Positions 53,519 through 64,000 of a DNA stretch of 64,000 nt are shown here, one piece after another. The stretch spans positions 135,532,001-135,596,000 of the forward strand of contig OZ024740.1 of assembly GCA_964016885.1 (NCBI GenBank), read 5' to 3'. Source of the DNA: Eledone cirrhosa (lineage: Eukaryota). Below the pieces are notes generated by a model that saw only the letters and a program-made list of their open reading frames with translations, did no database searches and was not told the origin of the DNA. The translations under genes and the position numbers were made by a program. How positions within the stretch are numbered: the stretch's first letter is position 1; the number at the start of each line of letters is the position of its first letter.

Positions 53519-54385
53519 TCTATATTATAAAAGAGAAGCTGTTTCTCCCTCTGTCTGTCCATCATAACATATATGCTGGAGGGGAGAAGGGGAGGGAGTG
53601 AAAAGTCTCTGTTTTTGAGAGAGAAACACAATGAGAGAGAGAGTGTGTTTGTGTGAAAGAAAAATGGTTGTTTATGCCTTTATGCTGAGAATGAAAGTGA
53701 TGACGACAGACATTTAAAAAAGACTTTCACTAAAATGACAGGTTGCTGTTGAGAGACAAGTTTTGATTTAAAAAATTTTAAGTTCAAGTTTGTCAACGTT
53801 AGTTTCTAAGGTGACAACACTCTACTCTTTCAACGACGACAACTTTTCACTCTTCCCCTTCCCCTACATATTTGCGTGTGTGTGTGTGTGTGTGTGTCCG
53901 TGTCCTTCAATATATAGACCAGAGAGTCTCAAAGTGAGCCCTACTGCCTCTTGGGAGGCATTGAGAAGGTCAAGGGGAGCACTAAGCCCTGGGGGGGGGG
54001 GGGCAGTAGAGATGATATAATAGTATATTAAATATTAAATGATACATATATATAAATATAGTAAAATAAAAAATATATAATATTTATTTATACATAGTAT
54101 ATATATTATATATTATATTATTTTTATTATATATTTACAACTTGCATGTAGGCAGGTCTGTCTGGAAATAGGGTTGGGGTCACTGAGGGTATTACGTGGC
54201 TGTGAGGGGGGGGGGGGGGGGCAAACAGTTTGAGGATATCTGTTACAAAGTAAAACAGACTTCAAAAAAAGACTGACATATGTCCATCACACTTATATAT
54301 ATATAATACACATAGTTATTTTTGTGGTTGTTTGTGTGTGTGTATGTGTATCTTATCTGGCAGCATAGTGACAAATTTTTACTAG
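53519..54385 (+). mobile_element. Non-autonomous Helitron-like element with a nested hAT-like MITE (about 53920-54242)
   Basis: A|TCTATATTATAAAAGAGAAG...CTGTCTGTCC start and CTAG|T end; nested CAGAGAGTCTCAAAGT ... AGTTTGAGGATATCTG ends. The 3' hairpin is degenerate. Confidence 0.55.
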
Positions 54386-54810
54386 TAGCTATTGACAATG
54401 AAATTAAATTTCAGTAGAAAGAAATTCAATGGTTAAAACATTGGTTTATTTGCCCAAAGAACCTGCAGATCCTAAAACTTGTGAGGTGACCCTTCTTAGA
54501 AATACTGAAATTTTGCTTGTATTAATTCTTAACATCTTTTAATGGTTCAGCAGAAAATATTTTAAAATAAGCTTGCTAATTCAAATGTTTGTAGTAATTT
54601 TACTTGTAGACAACTCATTGCGAAAATTTGTAATATTTGTGTTAGGATTTTAATTTTTTAAGTGATGCAGTCATAGTTATGATTTATACTTTTTTAAGAA
54701 AGTCTTGGCTAATGCAGTACAGGATATTAAGAGTTAATACTATTTTAAATATAATATTAATTTCATTACATTTTATTTGATATAATTTTTATATCATTTG
54801 TGTTTTATAG

Positions 54811-54917
54811 ATCTGAGAGTAATCACCACCTTCAAAGTGTAATTGATAACTTCCAACAGTTTCATATGCAATCAAAAGACAATGGCGTAATCTCCAGAGT
54901 TTTAAAGAGTGACTCAG
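54811..54917 (+). CDS. Candidate post-BAR exon of the amphiphysin-like gene (107 nt, phase 2-1)
   Basis: ttatag acceptor, CAG|gtaaat donor; open in the expected phase: SESNHHLQSVIDNFQQFHMQSKDNGVISRVLKSDS. No homology support. Confidence 0.65.
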
Positions 54918-55768
54918 GTAAATTATATATATACATATATGTTATAATAATTTGCAAGTGATTTCATGAACAAAAATATGAGTATTCAATACACTGTGTA
55001 GAGTGATTTATATTTATTATACTTCTGTAGATAAATGTGACTATTCTTCCATGACTTGATGTTTCATGCTATATAATGTATTCTTTAAATTGATATGATT
55101 CAGGTGAAGGTTTTCTTTTGAATCTTGAGTTTTAAGAGAAATCCTTCAATCAAATAACTTACATTTGAAGAATGCTCTATTTAGCATGAAACTTGAAGCT
55201 TATCCACATGGTTTCTCTGAGGGTGCATTTTATGGAATGTCTGAAGTGGCTTGTACATTCACAGTGTAAACATTAACACATAGACTAAGCTCTATCAGCT
55301 TAAACATGAAAAGCACACATAATGGCAGCACCATAGAGTAGCAGGTAAGTTCCTTCTGAGAATGATTGCCAACTCAATATAATTTCTCCAGTTGTAGCTT
55401 GTTAGATTGCTAGAACTGTTTTAGAAAGACTCATACCATCTCCAATTCTCTCATATATATATATATATAGTAATAAGAATATTTATATTTATATATGTTT
55501 AATACAACTATAAATATGGAGGGTAGTACTAAGTACTAGCCAGTTACCGGTATGACAAAAGGCTCAATGCAAATTTTCAAGTGTTTTACAGAGCCAAGAT
55601 TAGACATCATGTGGAGAATCAGGAGTTAACAAGATGTTATGCTTGAGAGAACACAATTACAGGCAGCACTGGTTGAAAGTGTAAGAGGTATAAGCAAAAA
55701 GTACAGGCAAAAAAGTTATAAGCAAGGAAAAATGTGGGATAGGATAGACATAAGATAAAAGATATCTT

Positions 55769-57790
<2,022 letters not shown>

Positions 57791-57831
57791 TATACATTCA
57801 TATATATATCGCTATTTCAGAGCACCAATTC

Positions 57832-57868
<37 letters not shown>

Positions 57869-57889
57869 TCTAATTCAATTCCTTCTATA

Positions 57890-59372
57890 AATAACTCTGG
57901 ACCACTTGCAATCGTAAATGCAATTGCCTTAATAGAACTATATGTCCTCTTAATAATCACTGACTCGACAAGAATTTAGTATATGAATGTAAGGTGATAA
58001 CTAGCACCAATTCTTACACCTACTTTGGATCTACTTCTATTCCTTTAAGGCGAGATTATATAACCATTCTTCATCTTTTAAATACCCACTTAAAAGAACA
58101 AACACTGCTCTCTCAGAACTCATCTGGTCCTTAAAAGACAAAAACATTAATTACAAAATTTCTTGGAGAAAAATTTGCAATGTTTCTCCCTATTTTAATG
58201 CTTCCTTATCCAGAACTTGTAATTTATGCCTAGCGGAAAAATTTACCATTATCTCTAATTTTAATTCTATAATAAATAGACGCACGGATTTATTTTCGCT
58301 TTGTATTCACAAATCGCTTAGGTCTTTTCACAAATTATATAGCTAATTTACTCTATAATTAGGATTAACATTTTTTTCTCACACAAATATATTTCTTTTA
58401 CACATATAACCCTTTTTCTACCATATTTCAGTGGATTCTACAATAGTTCATTCATACTATAACATTTTTGGTCCCCTAATTGTATAATTTTATATTTCTT
58501 TTAATAATTTTTTGTAATTTTTAAATCTTCTAATTCACTATAGCAAATTTCTTCTTGGTGATACAAATTTTTTTCTTTTAAATAGTTCATCTTTATATCA
58601 TTTTTTCTCAACATTACTTTTTAGTAATTTTTACTTCAAATCTATTAATATTAGCATTAGGTGAATTTTGTAAACAAATTTTTGACGTAATGTTTTTTTC
58701 TTCCTCGTATTTTTTCGTTTTTCTCTCTTTCCATGCTTGTATAAACTTAAATAATTACTTTTTATATTACAATCTATTGAAACAAACTAGGTCCCTATAT
58801 CATCTTCTAAATTATCTAACTTTATTTTCATTCACCTTATCTTATTTCACTTTATTTTCATTCACCTTATCTTATTTCACTTTATTTTATCTTAATAATA
58901 CTTGTTTAATACATTTTTGCACTTCTTAATAAATCTTTCACTATTTAAACCCTAAATAAATGGTATACTTAATTTCTATATCGGTAATCATAAGCATCAT
59001 CATCCATAAACCTCATTAACTTTTAAGTTTAAAATCTTATTAATTTATTTAATTTATTTATAAATTTTACAACCGTTTTTTTTTTTCAGTCATCTCTGTG
59101 TGAGACAGCGTTTCTCAGTTTAAATGTTTATCCCCCTCTCTTTCTCTCTCCTTCCTCCTTCTTATATTCTTCCTCTGTTATCCTTTCCTTCTTTTTTCTT
59201 TTTCCTTTCTTCATCTTCCTTATCCTTCTCCCCTTCCTTTCCTTTTTCCAATCTCCTATATCCTTTTAAATTTATTTATCATATGTTGTTTAGACACTAC
59301 CTTGCTCACAAGTGTCTTTTTTAAGCTTCATATCATGTCTCCCTATTTTATCTGATGAGAACGTAAATATCG
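57890..59372 (+). mobile_element. Second Penelope-like remnant (GIY-YIG plus AT-rich 3' region)
   Basis: CNCLNRTICPLNNH, LVYECKV...TYFGSTS, RLYNHSSSF, LSELIWSLKD, CNLCLAEKFTII...INRRTDLFSLCIH. Not in the ORF track. Right boundary approximate; it ends at a partial CTGATGA motif. Confidence 0.85.
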
Positions 59373-62300
59373 TCCCTGGAAAAAGGGTTGCACACACCCC
59401 CGAAAAAGTGTGCAACCCTTCTCCTCAGGAGCACAGAGAGAGGGTGTTCCCTTGATCTTTCATCTTACTCACCTACAGTCTGATGTAGAGTGAAGGCCCA
59501 TTCACACGGGCCATACTCGCCACTTTCACCCATCTTTCATAAAAACGGCTGGGGTGCAGCTCCTCTCTCTCCATCCTGATCCTTCTTCCGAAATGATATC
59601 GGAAGAAATGGACCAGTTGTTGGCCAGAGAGAAAGGTGTCTGACCTCAGTCCTTTCAGACACGTCCACCATACAACCTCTTTCACCATGGCTATTACGCA
59701 CAGAAACACCGCCTCTCCTTCGTTTTTGAAGAGGGGAGGCGGCTTGATCGTTACAATAGACTCGGTGGGCAACTGGATCGGTCCCACCCGTGACAGCAGT
59801 CGTTTGACATAGCCCCACAAATCAGCAGTGCCCAAGCAGTGTACCAATGCGTGTACAACGGTTTCCTCGTCGCACACGCATCTGGGACAGATCTTTTTCG
59901 AGGGGTCCCTACTCGGGCGCCCGTGTCTGTAGAGCCTTTATCGAACGGGCAGAGCCCCTCGGTAGCAATGCCAGGCCAGGGACTTCTGGAAGTTATCCAT
60001 AGGTCCCGGGCTGAATGTCCTACCGAACAGGTTGGCCAGTTCGTTTTCCTCCATGCCTAGGGCTTCTCCGAGGGCGTCGTCGCACCTGCTAACCACCAGC
60101 CTTCTATAGAATGACGAGGTGGATTCTCCACCGACAGCCGGGTCCGCCTGCCAGAGAGCCGTGAGCGCCTGGGCACACTCGGTGTGCCAGGTGCCCAGTT
60201 TTCTCGGTCTTTGCTTGACCCAGGATTGCACCTCGGTGAGCGAGATGAGTCTGGAAAAGGCTCGCCTCACAAACGGGGCCCACACGGGTTGACCGGTGAG
60301 GAATACCTGGAGGTGCCGTAGCCTTAATGCGTGTTTACGCATCATCAGCCACGGCATCCCCAGCCCTCCTTTCGAAGGGTGTTGATAGCAGATGGTTCTC
60401 CTCACCATAGGAGCCCGCTTCTTTCAAAGGAATTGTAAGAGTGCGCGCTCCATTTTGGCGAGCGTTTCCCTTGGGCAAGGCACGACGGTCAGGCAGTAGT
60501 AGATGACGGACGCTATATAAGTGTTCGCCACCTCCGCCCGACCTTTCAGGGACAGTTTGCACTCGGCCCACTTCTGGGTCAGTGCAAACACCATGTTCAT
60601 TACCTCATCCCAGTTCTTCACCTGGAGGTCTGGTCCGAACCAGACCCGAGCAACTTCACCGGGCTCTCCGTCCAGCGCCCGACGACGCCATCGGAGAGCA
60701 TCGATTTGCCCCTCCACGTGCCGAGTTGCAGACCGATCGACTTGTCTCGATTCAGCTTAGCCCCTGTAAACCTTTCGTACTCCTCCAGTAAGGTGCCGAT
60801 CGCCCCGATTTCCGAGGCCGTCGACATCATTACTGTTACGTCATCGGTGTAGGCCGACACTGCTTTCCGCAATCCCAGTTCCAACGGGATGCCCTACAAT
60901 AACTCCAACTTCTGCAGCAGTGGCTCTAGAGTCATTACATACAGAAGGGAGGAGAGAGGGTACCCTTGTCGGATGGACTGCTCGATTTTGAACGGCTCCG
61001 AGAGGTAGCCGTTCACCTTGATCCTAGAGCAGATGCGGCTGCTGTGCATGGCAGTGATCCAGCCCCTGAAAACGGGTCCGAAGCCTGCCGCCGCTAGCAC
61101 CGCATCCAGGTAACCATGGTAGACCCTATGTAACGCCTTAGATTGATCCAAGTTGATCAGGGCCCCACCAAAGCCGGGTTCGTTCCCAACCCTCTCTATG
61201 ATGTATCACATGAGGTGGAGATTCTCGTGGATGGACCTGGACGGGATAGCACATGTCTGCGCATCTCCCACCAAGTTGCCCACGACAAGCGCCAACCTCT
61301 TTGCTAGCACCTTGGCCAAAATCTGTAACTCTGTATATAGCAGAGTTATGGGCCTGAAATTATTTATACCGTCCCCCTTGTTCTCGTCCTTCCTCACTAG
61401 TGTGACTACGCCCTTGGTCAAAGCACAAGGAATTCTCCCGTTCTGTTGCCAGTTGCAGTAGACCGCCTCGAGGAGATCGGGGAACAAGTCCGGCATAACT
61501 AGATATAGTTCGTATGGAAGACCATCGAGACCCGAGGATTTGTGTTTGCCGCATTGGCTCAGCACGTCCTCTATCTCAGCGGCTGAAATCGGCTCTTCGC
61601 AGGACTTTGCCTCCTTGTCCGAGAGACGCGGCAGGCCGTCGAGGTATGGACCAAAGTCCACTTCCCCAACCGGCTCCCCTGCCCCTTCCGAACAATCTGG
61701 CAAAGTGCTTTTGAAAAGCCTCGCACATCTGCTTAGGTTCAAGGATCACCCGTCCATCCTGGTCTCGCAAAGACCGGATAGTGGATCTAATCCCTCTTTT
61801 GGCTTCTGTCACACGGGCCCAGCTAACAGCTTTGGTCCCCTCGTTTCCCAGAGCACGTATTTTGCTTCGGACGATGCAGCCTTCGTGTTTCACGTCGAAG
61901 AACTGGCCCCACTAATAGCAAGGAGCGGGACGTCCCTAGAACAGTCTCCAGATGATGGAAGAAGTCCAGCCGCGTTGACCCGAAAGGGCCGTAGACGGCT
62001 ACCAGTCTAAACGCTCCGCCTTCACCACTGCCAATGTCCAGAACCATTAGTCGACCCTCCGGGTCCAAATGTACCGTCTGTGTTGCGAGACCCAGATGGT
62101 TTTGCAGCAGAACGACAACCCCACTCCCACCTCCGGGCTGACAGAGATGCGTGCATCTCAAAGTCATCAAAGGTGGGGGCCAGCTGTCGCACGTTGCTGA
62201 TCCGGGCCTCGCAAATAACCATCACATCTATACGTAAATAACTATACATCTACAAATTTTTTAGGAGGACGCGGTTAATGGGCCTGACGCAGGAGGGGCC

Positions 62301-63790
62301 CACGTCCTCTTTAAAGTTGTTTTTTAGCGTTTTATATGTGTCCTCTGGGGCCTTAATCATTTTGAGGTGGGGGAAATCCCCTGCCTGGGTGAAGTTAGGT
62401 CCTTGGGTTTTCACTAAATTGTTGTTGTATACAATGTTTAGCAGTTTTTTTATTTCTTGTGTTTATGTATGTGTATGCATGTTTTTGTTTTTGTGTGGTG
62501 TTTTTTGTTTGCTGTTGTTGTGTGCTCTTTTGTGTTGGTGTCTGTGTTATGTTTTGGGGAGGGGTTGTTTTCATTTGTGTGTCTGAGGTGTGTTTTCTTT
62601 TTTTCCTTTTGATTGTGTGGAAGTGCTCCTCCTCGTCTGACGACGAACGAGGGTCATCTTCCGTGTTGGAGGGGAGGGGTAAATCTTTGGGTTGTGTTTG
62701 CGGTGCGGGTGTTTTTTTTTTAGTGGGGGGGATGAGTTGGACAGTGTTTTGTTTTGGTTTGAGCTGTGGTTGTTGTTTTTGTAGTGGTGATTGTGTTGGT
62801 TGTGCAGTTGTTGGTGGTGTAGGCAGGATTGGGGTTTTCTTTTTAAGTTGAGGACAGACAGCCTTCAGGTGACCTCTGGTTCCACAGAGGTAACACGAGG
62901 GCCGCCTACCCTCAACAGTAATGTTAATAAAAGTTAGATCATCCAGTATGACGCGTTCAGGGATCTGGGCGATCCTTTTGGACCTCATTTGAACTACAAG
63001 TTCGAGACCCGTTCCACAGAACGCGTCATCCTATGCCTTTCCCATGGATATTAATGTGTCGTCGTCTAAGTCCAGGAAACCTGTTAATACCCACCATATG
63101 TCCATAATCGGAAGGATGGTGTGAATTTTTATTTTTTGTGTCCTTCTACCCAAGTACGTAGGGTAGAAGGTGGATGTGATCGGTTTTATTGACAGTTTCG
63201 CTGCCGTGTCCCTGTTCTTCATGAGAATGGATAGACTCCCATAGAGTCAATCCTTCTGAATGAATATGATGTCTTTCATGACATCTTTTAAAACCAGCTT
63301 TATCTCACTCTGTGATGGTTGAGCTGGTTTTTTGTTTTTGTTTGAGACTGTCCTAAACATGACAGTGTTTAGGAGTCTCTGGCTTTTTAGTTCCAGGCGA
63401 GCGGGGGGGGGGGGTCGAAAATGATCCATTTTCCCCGTACACTACGTATTTTTTGGCATCAGCCAGTAGCTCCTTAGCTTTGCTTATATCTACTGACAGA
63501 TAGTCGAGGGTTTTCCTTGCAGTCTGAGCGAAGGAGACCTTTTCCTTGTTCGTGTTGCTGTTGTTGTTATCATTGTTGTTGGTGTTGTTGTCTTTATTGT
63601 TGCTGTTGTTGTTGTTTTCAGTTTCTTGTATAGTTGTGGCTACATCAAGTTGTCAGTCAGCAGGTGGAGAAAGTTCTTCCTCTGGCTGACCTCTGCCTTT
63701 GGCATCTGCTGCTGTGACAGTGGCAGGGGGAAGCTGTGAGTTTAACTTCCCTTTTCTTCCTTTGAATGTTGGTGAAGATGCTTCAGCCAT
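59365..63790 (-). mobile_element. Near full-length but frameshifted Tx1/L1-clade LINE (ORF1 with CCHC knuckle; ORF2 APE, RT and C-terminal Cys motif)
   Basis: ORF1 CYLCGTRGHLKAVC; APE DVMVICEAR, GVVVLL, LVAVYGP; RT KSSGLDGLPYE, NFRPITLL, LDQSKA, IRQGYPLS, AYTDD, KGGLGMP; C-terminal CPRC...ETVVHALVHC. GC-rich relative to the flanks. Confidence 0.93.
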
Positions 63791-64000
63791 TTTTATCAAA
63801 GTAAGATTTTTCGAAATCTTTCGAAAGATAAAAACTTTTGAGTGATCTAAATCAGTTATAAACATTTATATTTATATTTGTCAGATTTCCAACAAATTAA
63901 ATACTCCTTCTAAAGGCGTAGAATATTTTGAGAGACTGACCAGATCAAAATTTGACCTGGCAGTCCCTCTACAAAATGGTACAAAAATGAAAGTTTACAG

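Overview
This is AT-rich, repeat-dense eukaryotic DNA. It is inferred to be a coleoid cephalopod, probably Octopus, from the SINE/RTE repertoire and the (TA)n and (GAT)n tracts. The window lies inside one large + strand gene that the ORF track mostly misses: an amphiphysin/BIN1-type N-BAR gene. Six well-supported phase-compatible exons (3430-3524, 15767-15862, 17086-17193, 33699-33784, 35530-35605, 37550-37632) and two candidate downstream exons (42438-42491, 54811-54917) were found by eye; the start codon and SH3 exons were not seen. The introns carry Helitron, hAT, pogo-like and piggyBac-like DNA elements, RTE, CR1, CRE, Tx1/L1 and Penelope retroelement remnants, tRNA-derived SINEs, a ~5.7 kb 19-bp minisatellite and a ~3.2 kb ~50-bp array. 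The most notable unexplained signals are: (1) several minimal hammerhead-ribozyme motifs, including a U3-A8 compensatory core variant, some inside fold-back cassettes inserted in (TA)n tracts; (2) a ~60-unit array in which each unit folds into two hairpins; (3) a candidate 54-nt symmetric cassette exon at the position of the vertebrate BIN1 PI exon, bracketed by a 31-bp inverted repeat. There is no prokaryotic system and no real CRISPR array. All calls were made by eye without database searches.
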